Shown: positions 12,301 through 24,347 of the stretch, one piece after another
Layout: each line of letters opens with the position of its first letter
Numbering within the stretch: position 1 is the first letter of the stretch
From: Ramazzottius varieornatus
Lineage: Eukaryota; Animalia; Tardigrada
DNA: 64,000 nucleotides
Reading direction: 5' to 3'
Assembly: GCA_001949185.1 (NCBI GenBank)
Contig: BDGG01000003.1
Coordinates: 5,081,092-5,145,091, forward strand
Program-made: the position numbers and the translations under genes
The notes under the pieces: model-generated
What the model saw: only the letters and a program-made list of their open reading frames with translations
Databases searched by the model: none
Told to the model about the DNA's origin: nothing

Positions 12301-12581
12301 GAGCGGTGAACGGATGATATATTCAGCCTAATATCGAAACTCACGGAACAGCCACCTACGACCTGTCAAGAACCGGTACAACGGGCAGTTTTTGTCATTA
12401 GTAAGCGAATTTCACCTCTACTGAACTGGAAACTCGGTGTTCGAACAACATTCGGAACGGTATTTTTCAAATGAAAAAAAACGATCGACTGATTGCCGTT
12501 CCAAAACTGAGCTGCGTTTGAGGCTGCGAAGCCGTTACGTGTTTTGGACAATTCACTGAATAAATCACCCGTCCACCGCTG
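12301..12581. mobile_element. hAT-family MITE, 281 bp, same TIR family as 7776-7902
   Basis: Left end GAGCGGTGAACGGATGATATATTCAG, right end CTGAATAAATCACCCGTCCACCGCTG, with an 8-bp TSD CTTGGTAA at 12293-12300 and 12582-12589. Confidence 0.85.
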
Positions 12582-12639
12582 CTTGGTAAGGATCGGCAGA
12601 GAATCAGTGACTATGATAAGTACAAAACCAGGCGAAATA

Positions 12640-13407
12640 TTATTCGCCTCTTTCAAGCTGTTGAAGTATATCTTCAATACCTAGCTGCATGTCGAGGATA
12701 TGCTCGAAAGATTCACCAACCCGAAGAGCAAGCTGGTTCGCACTAGTCAGAGAAAGGACATGGAAGAACCAAATGAATGTGTGACATCGTTGGCACAATA
12801 TATCGTCTGGATCAGAATTGAGACATGGAAACTCAAAAACGCTTACTTCGAGATCGTCGAGACGCTCTTCCACCCAGTCGTGCATATTCTCCATCACGTC
12901 CCCGTCTTCGGTTTCCTTTAGTTCGTTGTACAGCTTGGCAGACCAGTTGACGTTGAAACTGCGGAAAGTAGTACTTGGATCAGGTACATGATATTATAGC
13001 CTTTGTCCACATGACGCTTGGCTGTGAACAGCAGAATTACAATCAGCATTACGCGTGCTTTACGAGTGGCGCATATCCTCAGCCAATCAGAACAGAAAAG
13101 TGCGCCACTAGAGATCACAATCTGGTTCAAGTCACTTACCGGCAGCTTTCAGTTCCTCAAGTGTAGATCCACAGCATTCTTTTCCGCGACCAGCCAACGA
13201 TGACCTGATGATACAGGTTACAGGGGATCCCTTGCGGTCATCAGATGAGGCTCCAGAGTTGAAGGAATCGTTTCCATCCGAGGCTAAAGTAGGGCTGCCA
13301 GAGCCCGTTGAAGATTCCCGTTCTTCAGTGGACGCCATAACTGCTCCTTCAGGTCTCTTCCTAAGGTTCCAGCCTTCCATGGCCAGCTGTTCTGTAATCC
13401 GCAACCT
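12640..13407 (-). pseudogene. Degenerate multi-exon gene fragment of unknown identity
   Basis: Exon-like block 13407-13139 with acceptor and GTAAG donor (MEGWNLRKRPEG...), then frameshifted coding-like blocks (NWSAKLYNELKETEDGDVMENMHDWVEERLDDLE followed by GTAAG). A family-A unit sits in the intervening intron. Confidence 0.3.
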
Positions 13408-13884
13408 ATAAGGCAGGAAGCAGACTACGATCGATCGCTACAGCGAGGTCTGCAGTTTGGTACGGAGACTAAGATAAAAAGGCGCGCAGAAACGATTCAG
13501 AAATCAAATCCCAAAATCCCAATCCCCAAATGAAAACCACAACATTATGAAGATGAAGCGCTGAGCAATCAATACCAAATCAATCGTTGCGAAGCCAGGC
13601 CGCGATGACGTCATCTGAATACGGCAGTTGATTGCTGCTTGTTGATTGATTACATACAAAATACCAGCGGCACCAGGATCCGAGAACGACAAACAGACTT
13701 GCAACGTCGAAAAATAAAGCTTTAGAGAATAGCCAAGCCCGTGCACCCTTCCACCTTCATGTTTCAAAGTACCTTTGATTAGTATTTGGAGTTACGATTT
13801 GGAGTCTTCGATGTGGCGATGTTTACCAAACGCGACCATGAATGTTACTCTTGGAGTTTTGAATCATTGTGAACTTTTAACAGC

Positions 13885-14115
13885 TTATGCGACCTGGGCT
13901 GCCCAGGAGAATAGAGGCCAGATCGGCAAAGTTGGCTTGCAGGAGCTCGGTGTTTCCCGTGGCCTGGAAGAGTTCGGTGAGAACGCTGAGCGACTGCAGG
14001 ATGGGTAGATTGACGATGCGTGCGTGCGTGGGCGTGGACCTCGGAGTAACGCGGCGTTGTCCGAAGAACCTCGATGCAACGTAGAAGAATTAGGGCGAGA
14101 CAGCTAGAGCGTAAC
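13885..14115 (-). pseudogene. Second MROH1-like disabled exon
   Basis: RIVNLPILQSLSVLTELFQATGNTELLQANFADLASILL resembles remembered MROH1 RVATLLPLSATCALFEVM...LYPQLFVVLL; frameshifted upstream. Confidence 0.4.
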
Positions 14116-14821
14116 CTGAGAGGTTGTTCTTGGCGTGAGAGGGACTGGGCATGTCCACTGGTGGAAGGTCGGATGCGTTCTTCCCACCTGGAACGACTCT
14201 ATGAAATATACAGATTTGGCGGACAGATTCACTCAAATCGTTTCCCCAAGTGACGCACGGTTCCAGCCATTACCACTGCGAGCATGCGCCACTTGGGAAA
14301 TCAATCTTTTCGAGTCTCGAGATCGTTTTTCAAGTGGCGCACGCTCTTGGTCAATAACAAAAGAAACTTGCGCCACTCGAGGAGACAATCCAAACACATA
14401 ATGTTGGGCAACCCTCCATATTTTGAAATCAAGTCTATGCAGGTTCGGAAGTTTTCTGGGTGTGTTATTACCGGAAACAACTGCTCAGCGCCATTTCGCG
14501 GCACCGGACATGGGGGTCCATAGCTTTGGTGGCAATACATACGGAACGGTCTTTAGACGGAAAACGTTCCCCCATCTCCTGTATCTACAGTAATTGTTTT
14601 CCAGAAGGGCCAGAATACGTGATAACCTCCACTCAATAACAAAACAAATTTCTCCGTATCCGTGATCGAACCTCCAAAATGATCAGTTTAGCCGAAAACC
14701 ATATCGCCAGCACAAAAACTACTCGTGAAATACAGTTCAGCTTCGTCTGTAGAAAGCGAACTGGAAAGAAAAGTCTCACACGAAAAGGTAGAATTACGCT
14801 CTATCTGACTCCATTTTCCAT

Positions 14822-17800
14822 TCAATGCCGACGGCGTCCACGATCGAACCTCACTTGGATTAAATAACGCATCCGAACCTAAGAAAAACCCGATTACAAG
14901 AAAATCGCTGCAAAACTACGGCGCAAAAATCACGGAGAACCCGGTACAATAGTACATATTGACAGATTTGTTCGAAAAGAAGAACCTTACTTGGCTTTGC
15001 TTGTAGACGATATATTCGTTGTATTCCAAAGAACCCTGGAACTGAGATCGACTTCCTCGAGTGTCCTGCGCAGTCAGGTTCACACACTTCCCGATCGGCA
15101 CAATAACACCATCATCCCTGCAATACAGAAGCCATCAGACAAGATCAAAAATAATGGGAAGCTCGACAAACAAACTTGACGAGAGATTTTCCCACTTGGC
15201 GCACCTTCTCAGTGTTCGCGGCAAACTGCGTGCGCCACGTGTTGTCGAGACGAGATTGTTTACCAAGTGGCGCACGTTCCCGGTGTTGTTGGGTAAGAGC
15301 GTGCGCCACTTTGGAAAGAATCATATCGAGGTTTGCCTGGCCCTGGATAATTAACTCTTCTGAAGAACAAAGTTGGAAATAAGGTACGCACAACTTGCGG
15401 TACGTGGAGCTGTCCGGTACGTGTCTTCCGCATCCTTTGGTGCTATGTTTCCCAGTGGGCAGCTTGTCAGCGTTGTAGTCGGCGTACAGCAGCTCGTTGG
15501 GAGTACCCAGCGCCACGTCGCACAGCAGCATCAAACCAACACCGTTCGACGAAGTGTCGTAGCAGTAGTTCGCGCTCTTAGACGATACATCCGCGAAGTA
15601 GATTCCCTTCCCTGTCAAAAAGAAAGCCGCTAAGTTCCACAAAAAGGTCCGCCGCCAAGTGTACAAAGCTGACTTTTTTCAAGTGGCGCACGCCTTCGGC
15701 CAATAGTACCGGAAGCGTGCGCCACCTGCGAAACCGATTTTGTCGATTTTAGATGTCGAGCTCATATTTTCTTTTAAATTTTACCAAACATGTAGCCAGT
15801 AACGGGAGCTTCCGGTGGCGCTATCCTTAGCGTCTGGCTGAGAATGCCGGCGAAGTTGGATATTCTCGAGCCATGCCACAAGAGCATGCGGTTTCCCAGA
15901 TGTTCGTCAAAGTCCGCCTGCTTCTTGAGCTTGTAGGCCTGCACGACGTCCAGCTCGTAATCTGTGTGTGTGGGACCATGCGTCGTCCGTAGGTAGTCTC
16001 GAATCATCTCGAAAGTGAGACTACCGTGTTCGATATGGGAAATGTCGGCGTTGAGAGTGCGGTAATGGCGGTCGATGGGCGACTCGGTGAAGGCCTTGCT
16101 GGAAGCGTCTTTCAGGATGCGCAGTGCCACTTCGATGTCACCCAGAGTTTCTAACAAGTCCATCTCACGCTTTAGCTGCTGCGCAGTCTGGATCAGCGTC
16201 GGACGTCTCATACTACAATCATACCAGCAGACTCGTGCGACTAAACCACTCGTTTTGGAAATAAATTTACGTAAAAGTACCGTTTTTTCCATAGTGTTCT
16301 TTTGCTTTCGAACCTTTTTCATAAGCGTTGATACTAAATTCATTTCCTTGAATATGTCTGTGAGATATTCTCGCTCATGTTCGACAGTACCCGAAAGCAT
16401 GGGGAATCTTGGTGTAGAACTGATTGCAGGCTTCCGTCAAAGCTGCCTCGTCGTATCGAGCCGGAGGAGCTGCAGCTGTCCCATCCGCGCCATCGTTCAA
16501 ACTGAGCAGAGCGGCAATGGTTTTAAGCGCCGTGTAGCCTGACTTCACTTGCTCCGTCGTTAGCTTCCCTATGAGAAGGACAGAAATCGTTAGGTCAGAG
16601 TACAACAGTTGAGCCATTAATCAAGAAGTTTTCACCGAGCGGGGCCTTCTTGGCGTCGTAGTTCATCTCCAGCACCTGTTGCTCCATCATCTTGATATTG
16701 AAGATCATTTCCATCAGACTCTGGACGGGTTTGGCCAAGGTCGAAGCTGGAATGGCCAGCGAGAGGGACTTGGCGCCATCCACCACGTCCGGTACCGGTG
16801 GAGCGTCTGTCTCGTTAGCCGTGTAGTCTCGGAGAACCATGTCATACAAACCAGGTTGTTTTTCAAAGTTGGCCCGATCACTCCACTGGTTCTTCGTCTT
16901 CTCAAAAAACCTGTCGCAAAAACTCCAAGTTAGTAACGTGAATTGCGACCGATGCAACAAACTCGACCGCATCATTTTTTCAAGTAGCGCACGCCTTCAG
17001 CCAACAACATTGAAACTGTGCGCAACTTGACGGAACAAACAAACTCGTTTTCCCAAGTGACGCACTCTTCCAGCCATTAATAGAGAACGTGCGCCACTTG
17101 GAAAAACATTCTTGCTGAGTTCGTCTGCCCAGCTTTTAATTCGCAGCGTACAGTGTTGACTCGTCATACTTCTTGCTGAATTGTTTCTTTGCAGATTCGA
17201 GACTGGAGCCACAGTTAACAGTGCTTTGCTGGCCCGGAAGACCAACGCGTCCCCAGCGTTGGTACACGTGGTACTCCTTTTGGCTGTCGTGCTCGAGAAG
17301 TTGGATGATGTAGTACTTGTTGTTGTTAGTGTTGATGGCGGTCTGGTTCAGCGCCACGTCCCAAACGTCGGGGCCCTCACAGTAGACGTGGCACGTGTTG
17401 GCTAAGGCGCACAATTCGTCGACGGGGGCTTGCGACTTCAGTACCACCTGCTTCTTTGACAAAACTGTTGGCTCCTCTTCCTCATCTGGAAAAATAATTA
17501 TCTAAAGAAAAGCTAACGACCAACATATCGGGAAACGTCGTTGCAGAAGTTTCGAGCTACATCTGACGAGGTCCCGAGCAAGAGCTTCTTCAACTTACAT
17601 TCTGGGGCAGGTTTGGCTTCCCTCTTCTTTCCTTTGGACGCCTTGCCGTTCTTCTTAGTTTGCTTAGACGTCGTGGGCTCATCGTCATCCTCTACAAGAA
17701 AAGGAATGTCCATCTGACTCGCCAGAACAACTCAACACCGCACCGATGGCTTACCTTCTGGAGTAGACTTGGCTGCTTTCTTGCTTCCGTCGGTGCGCTT

Positions 17801-18335
17801 TGCCTTCTTCTGCGGACTTTCAGATGGCTCGTCATCAGACGGAACATCCCGGTCCACGTTACTGCTGGAGGTAGTGGCAGCGCCTACCAGGAAAAGCGTG
17901 AGATGAAAACGACTTACAGTCACGACTCGCAAAACTTCATATGGGTGCAAGGTTGGTAACATTTTAAAAAACAGAAAACACGCTCGTCCTCGTACCGTTC
18001 GTTTTCACTACAGCTGCATCCTTCTTTCTGGGACGTTTTGTTCCTTTTGATGAAGAACTGGAAGTTTCCTCCGGATCAGGCAAATGTGGTTTAGCTTGCG
18101 TCGGTTTGGCAGCTCTGGCGCGAGTTTTGCGGGGTGAAGGAACAGCTGGCTTGACGCTGTCCATGATCGCCACGTCGTCTGGAAGAGGCAATCCAGGTAC
18201 ATGCTCACATCAGGATCGTGAGGGGAAGTTCAGAAAGCATTTAGTTGATGTCTTAGTCTTACCTTCATCCGCAGCGCCGGTCGTTGAATCAGCCGCAATC
18301 TGCTTCGTTACTCGTACCTTCTTCATCGGCGGCAT
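14822..18335 (-). CDS. PARP2: Poly(ADP-ribose) polymerase, PARP2/3-like (basic N-terminus, WGR, regulatory and catalytic domains)
   Basis: WGR domain (NNNKYYIIQLL...QRWGRVG), regulatory domain (APLGKL, FYTKIPHAFG), and catalytic H-Y-E triad: LLWHGSR, GYMFGKGIYFAD..KSANYC, LEYNEYIVY, VRMRYLIQ. ATG at 18335, TGA at 14822-14824. Confidence 0.9.
16978..17105. repeat. Family A array (2 units) in a PARP intron
   Basis: Same arms and 25-nt spacer; further copies in PARP introns at 15189-15313 and 15679-15728. Confidence 0.88.
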
Positions 18336-18940
18336 GGTTGCCTGCAATGCCCGTTGGAGTGGCAGGTAATCTTCCCACAGGATTGATCTGGCGCAGAGAC
18401 TATTGTAGACGAGTGAACCGGGAAAGGGTATGGCCGGGGAACCTAGAAAGCAAATCCGATCGCGAATGGAGGAATGAACGCACATCAAATTCCCACTGAA
18501 CGGCGCAAATGCCGCAAACCACTTCATACGAAAACAAACACGGGATCAAGAGGTATGACTAAGAGAGGGCGGGACCAGATGATAAGTCACCAATGTCCGT
18601 ACACCCTACCACGATTTTACAACAAAGCGTATTGGTGAGCTCTTCTGTGAGACAGAACGGGCATGCCAAGTCACTCCGTGTTTCCGGCAGGCCTGTCGAT
18701 GGATTGGCTTTGCTGATTTGACCCCGACAAATTAAATTTGAAAAAAATTATTTTGAACTAGGTGATTTGCTTATATGGGCCCAAAGACGCATCTAACAAC
18801 ATCAATTTGCTGGTTTTAATGAGGGGCGTTCGATAACCAACGCGCACCTTTGCGCACCCACAAGTGACGATTGACCAGTGGTCACCCTTTGGCTGACCAC
18901 CTGCCCCTGTACAAGGGAAGAGTTTCCCCTATGCGAGGGT

Positions 18941-19067
18941 GTGCACGCGCCTGGCCTAACTGATGCCATGGAAAACACAGCTGGCATCAGCTTAAGGTGT
19001 CCATTACCGCTTTCGGCCGGCTGCCAACTCTTTTGTCCATGCCGACAGTTAGGCCAGGCGCGTGTAC
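18941..19067. repeat. Imperfect foldback, ~47-bp arms
   Basis: GTGCACGCGCCTGGCCTAACTGATGCCATGG... pairs with ...CCATGCCGACAGTTAGGCCAGGCGCGTGTAC. Confidence 0.65.
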
Positions 19068-20065
19068 AGTAGTGTATTTTTGGGATGAATTTTTGTTCCA
19101 GAGTGCCTGCTGCGGTCAGGTGTGTACTATTGACATCTGCGTGGAGTCTGAGGAGCAGGAGTGCGAACGCGGTAGTGACGGCGTAATTTCCGACCTAGTT
19201 GAAATACAGAACTACACTTGTAATTGCCATTGATTCCCTGTACAACTGGACATGATGATCGTTGGCACTGGAAATAAGACTGGGATGTTTAGGTGGTGGT
19301 GGAACATATCCCTTCACTCATCACGTTGGACCCTTACTGCTGATTTTCGGCCGTTGGACCTCCAACGTATCAACGAGGTATGAGTCGCCGCCTACTTCCA
19401 ACAGGGTTCGGGTCAGAACTGACTGGTGTTGAACATAGTGATTAATCATTTCAAGAAGCAATGAAATCAACGGAAAGTAGATCCGCATTCCACTCTGTTC
19501 TTAGTAAAATACCATGTTTCGACAGGTATAGCGGCGGAGATATCATGGGATGTCGGGAGATGAACTGAACAAGATCCCTATCTCATGTGGTGTTCGTGTG
19601 CATTGCTACCGGCACAGAGAGTGAGCGCCTCTGGGAAAACCACCAGCTGAACTAATTTGCAAACGTCTGATCCGCGCTATACACACAGACCACCAGTGTT
19701 AAGATAGAAATTGCGCGGTATGATGAAGATGAGCAGCTCGAAGTCAAATATAGGTCCTTTTGACCCGCTTTGTTTTCGTTCTAAGAGTTTTATCGACACA
19801 ATGTTTCCGAACAAACTCATCCGAACAGACTGTTGCTTTCCATATTCCACATGCTCTTTCAATTCGTCCAGCAGCTGACAAGCTTTTGTTGCGCTAAGAC
19901 CGGCAGGCTCGAACGTCGCTTTGGGTGCTGATGGATAGGGTGGTTCTGTCGTGTTACTCGCGGCGCTGCGGAAAAGAAAACATATACTTTGCCGAGAATA
20001 CGTAAATGAAAGTTGCGAATACTTTGCGGACGCAGTAGAAAAAGTTTTGGGAACATGTACGAACT

Positions 20066-21780
20066 TTACCTCGCGCACCTGCGCCAGCTGTTCATGTCTT
20101 TGAACCACGTTTCCATCAGGACCAACTTTTCGTCAACACCTTCCTGGTAGGAATGTTTCAACACGATACCCCGATCAGTTTCGGAAAACTCGAAGTGGTA
20201 GAACGACTGTACCACGGGCTCGTAACGCTTCATCAAGGTATGTCTTCCAGTTGAACCATTCGAAATCGGGTTCATCGGAGTATCTGTATGATGTCGTATT
20301 TGGAACGGCATTCTCGACAGCCGTCTTCAGATCTTCCGGCAGATCCGTGTTCCGACCACGAAATACCTTCTCCCATCGGCCGAACAAAGCATCGGAGGCG
20401 AATTTTGTGTGCCCGACAAGTAGGAAGTGCGTCTTCACGTCGTTATACCTGTCAGATTTCATCAGGTGGGCCCGGTACGCCATTAAAAACCGGTTCTTGT
20501 TTTGTCCGCCGCAGTTGTCGCAATACCCAACCAAATTTAGTAGTAATTGACCATGGAAATCACCGCGTTAGGTCCGTGAGACTTCTTTGCGTCCAGTCCG
20601 ATGGTTTCCGTTTCATCGGCAAGATAGTGAATGAAGTTTTTACGCGCTGGGTCGAATAAGTGGTATTTCAGCTGGACCTATAAACAAAAACATCAACGTT
20701 GTCTCCATCGACTCCGCCGACTTCGAACCCCAGCTGAAACCCCGTTCCGGCTAGGGTTCGCTCTAGTCCTGGTCACTTCCCAGCTGCGTTCCTTGCTAGC
20801 TATGAAAACATTACGTTTGAGTTGTTCCGATAGTAGGCGAGCTTACCTTAAAATAAATAGGTCCCGCCTGGTCGGTATGATTTGGAAGACCCACGGACTG
20901 CGCGAAGTCGAAAGTAATAACGCACTTTGCATTGTTAACCGCTGGAAACTTACTGCTCTCCAAGAAACCATTCTGTTTGTAGCTTGCGATGCTACTTTCC
21001 ACGTGGCTGACATCGTCCACGTCGCCCGCAATCGGCAATCCGGATAAGCTGGCTTGTCATCGTGGCTTGTCATAAGCTGGCAGGGATCGTGGCTTTGTCA
21101 TCGCTTGACCACGATTGCCTGGTGGTTTTACAACACGAAACCCGTCATTCCTGAGAGAGGTTCGCAACCGGTGAACAGTGTTGTTCAACGCTGCATTTGC
21201 AAAGCAGAAAGCTTTAAAACATAACGGTCGATCAGCACTGAAAGAATACTTGGCATGAGAGAACTTCACAAAAAGTGCAGGAAGAGCCAGAGGTAGCATC
21301 GGTGCCTTACATAGTCGTCTTTCATGCCGGGACATTTCCTTTATTGTACATCGCCTTCCTTGGTATCAGTCTTTACCGATGGTGAAGTGACACCGCAGGC
21401 CACATGCTGCATGATTGCTGATAAAGTTGTTGTACAGGCCATCTTCTTTCTTAGCATTACACACATCATCCCCCACCGTCTATCGATGGCCAGAGTAGGA
21501 TCCTAAAACGAACACATGGCTGTAATGGCTATCGTACTTGCGAATGCGGGCATTGTCAGAGGGGTCAAGAGGGGCATTGTCCACCCAGATACGTATTCGA
21601 ATCGCAGTGATTAGTTCATACTATATGCAGAGGATCGAGATAACCACAGGCAAGGGATTCAGAAATCATTCGATGACCTGCGCACAACGTACGCCGCGAG
21701 CAACTCCGCGCAGCTGTATGCCGTTACTTGAAGCTACCGCTTTTGTGTTTTAGATTGTACGCCTCCCGTGCTTTAGGAGT
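20066..21780 (-). mobile_element. Decayed Sola-like DDD transposase
   Basis: Motifs ITFDFAQSVGLP..QAGPIYFK, YCDNCGGQNKN, FLLVGHTKFASDALFG and upstream YSF..LCFKAFCF...GNRG, with stops and frameshifts. No termini identified. Confidence 0.72.
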
Positions 21781-24347
21781 GGCGAATGCTGCTGCATACC
21801 TGCTGGTTATCGTTCGTGTCCGTCGCCTCAAGCTCATCGCTCCTCAAAGTATTTTCCGATGTTATCTGTTTCATATTTTGCCATACGGCCTCGTCCGGCG
21901 AGTTCTCGCTGATTATCCCACTTCCATCCTCCACGTCCACTTGATCATCGTCCTTCCATTGCGCGTTGTCGTTCAGGGTAATTAGGAAGGTGTCCTGCTG
22001 AGAATCCATGTCTTCGAAATCAGGTACGCACAGCGGAACTTTTGCCGGCTGCGCAACCACTCTTGTGATAATTTCCCATTTTTCATCTGCACAAACGACA
22101 AGAAGAAGTTGGTTTTTCTGCAGCATGCTTTGGATAAAATAAATTACATAAAATAATCACATTACAAAGCATAAAATAATCTCACGCTCCACAATTTCGC
22201 CTTCATTTCTCTCTGTCACTAAAATTATTTCGTCTGTACCGTACCACGCGAACGTTCGAACTAATGTGCTGTGAGCCGTAAATTGACTATACAAGGGAAT
22301 AAGCGCTTACAATCTCGTAATCAATTTAGAATTTCAATAGTGGACATGTTACTGCAGCTTTAGCCAACTCACAAGCACAAAATAACTCTACAGAATTTGA
22401 TCATGAAAACTGAAGTCCTTCTTCATGGTATCATAAGGCTGCTTCGTTTGCTGACCTGAAAGATTAGTATCCGTATCCGACTTATTTCCATCATGGTCAT
22501 CTCCATCAATTCCTGTTTCAAGTTGTGATGAAAAATCACCGCAGGTTGAAGTGTCAAGTCCGCTTCTCCTTCCGTAACTTTCGAACTGTTTATCGCGAGG
22601 CGGCGCTACGGACGATGCTTGTGCGATCTCAGGTTGTGCACGTTGGCCGGAGGCTGCTGTCCCAAGTGTCATCTGGCCAGCCGACGTGCTCGAGCATTTA
22701 TTTCGAAAATGGCCAAGCAGATAGGGATCATGGGAATTGATAAGACGAGTTCCACAACCTTTGAATACTGTAGGATAATGTTTTCCTACTTTTGCCGGTT
22801 GCCTGTGGAAAAAGCTTCAAATGGGATGCAACAAATTGTCCGCCAGTACTAAGCTTGTAAGCAAGGTTACAACAGCACGAACCATAAATTTTGAGCAAGG
22901 AATGTTTCCCACTGCGCTTTGGAAAGAAGAAGGAAGCCGCAGTCACACAAAGAACCATTTGTCGAACGTTTCTTCATACTCTTTCGTATACGGCATCTCC
23001 GCTTTCTGAATCCCGGAATAAATCATGGACACCGCCGGCATCGTTCTGTTTGCCTTCGTCATGGTTATAGTTTTGGCGGATGGAGTACTCGGCAACTGGC
23101 TAGCCTTACTCCAAGGAGTGGCTCCACACATCTTCTCAGCTGTCACGCCCATGCTCAAAAGAATTTGGCCATGAAAGTATACTGAGTAAAACGATAACTT
23201 AACAGTCTAGTACGAAATTCTGTTTGTGATTATTTCATTCAGATATTCTTGGAAAAAATGTGCTTCTGAGGTCTCATGATTACTGTACGAGATTCTTTGT
23301 GATCATGGGAGGTGCTGTTGCAGATGATTAGTCAGCGATACGGGAACTTCATAACAGCGGACCAGGTCAGCGCGAAAATGGTGGAATATGCCCAGGAGTT
23401 CCACAACAGGACGGAACACCGCTGCGATGACCAGAAGCGATCATTGATGGACGACCATCTCATATACAAAATCGCTGCTGGAGTTCTCGCCGCAGCTTTG
23501 GTCTTTGATGGCGTGCGCCTTTGCCGTCACCGTCCGCGTTTTGCGTGGCAGTATCAACGCTCTCTAGGTCCACCAGCGCGATGTGATGCTGGCCATGCAG
23601 AACGTTCCCACCTTGCCACGCCCTGGACAGGTTGCACGCGGTTGATGGAGCAGAGTTCGCCGTCACAGGTATAAATGCCAGCATCCCTTCGAATTTTTCT
23701 TGTTGTTCATGTGGCGCACATTACCCGCCAACAGGAATGAAAACTGTGCCACACAAGATAACGATTCTTCCAAGATCGTTTGCAGGCTCTCCATCTTCTC
23801 GGCAATCTATTCTCTTCGTCTTGTACGCCCGTATGAATTAGTGTTGTCGACTTTGTGCTGTACGAGCTTTCACCACGACGTGATGATTCTCAACATAAAG
23901 GCAAAGAAAGGCCTCAGTTCGCGCATTGGTGATAGTTCAAAGTTCAATCATAACCACTGTAGGACCCTTATCTGCCGAAGTGATATCTCGCTTAATGTTC
24001 ATCTGCCGCCCATGGGCTTTGCACCATGAGATACTCCGATGAGTGCTACACAAGGCTGCATCAGCCGTTTCAACTCGCCCCTAACTGCCCCAGATGAAAA
24101 AATCGATTCCTGAACATTTTTGGCCATTAACCAGATCACCTAGTCCGAAATGACTTTCTTAAATATCAAATTAGTAAAATGGCGCACGCGTGACGGCGTG
24201 AGTTTCTCCCGATTGCTCCACTTACTTACCTTGAGGTGATTATGTCTGTACTTATAACCTGCGGATAAAGGCTGCACCCAGCCTCCTCAGATCGGCCGTC
24301 GTCTTGCGAACGACGCAGCGTCTGGACTCTGGACAAGACTCAGGAGG

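Noticed and set aside
16215-16391. Apparent N-terminal extension of the 15774-16400 PARP ORF
   Set aside because: It is a stop-free intron; splicing restores the conserved IPHAFG|MRRP.
22388-24030. Coding-like stretches with one family-A unit
   Set aside because: There are stops in all frames and no family I can recognise; possibly another gene-fragment relic, but unsupported.
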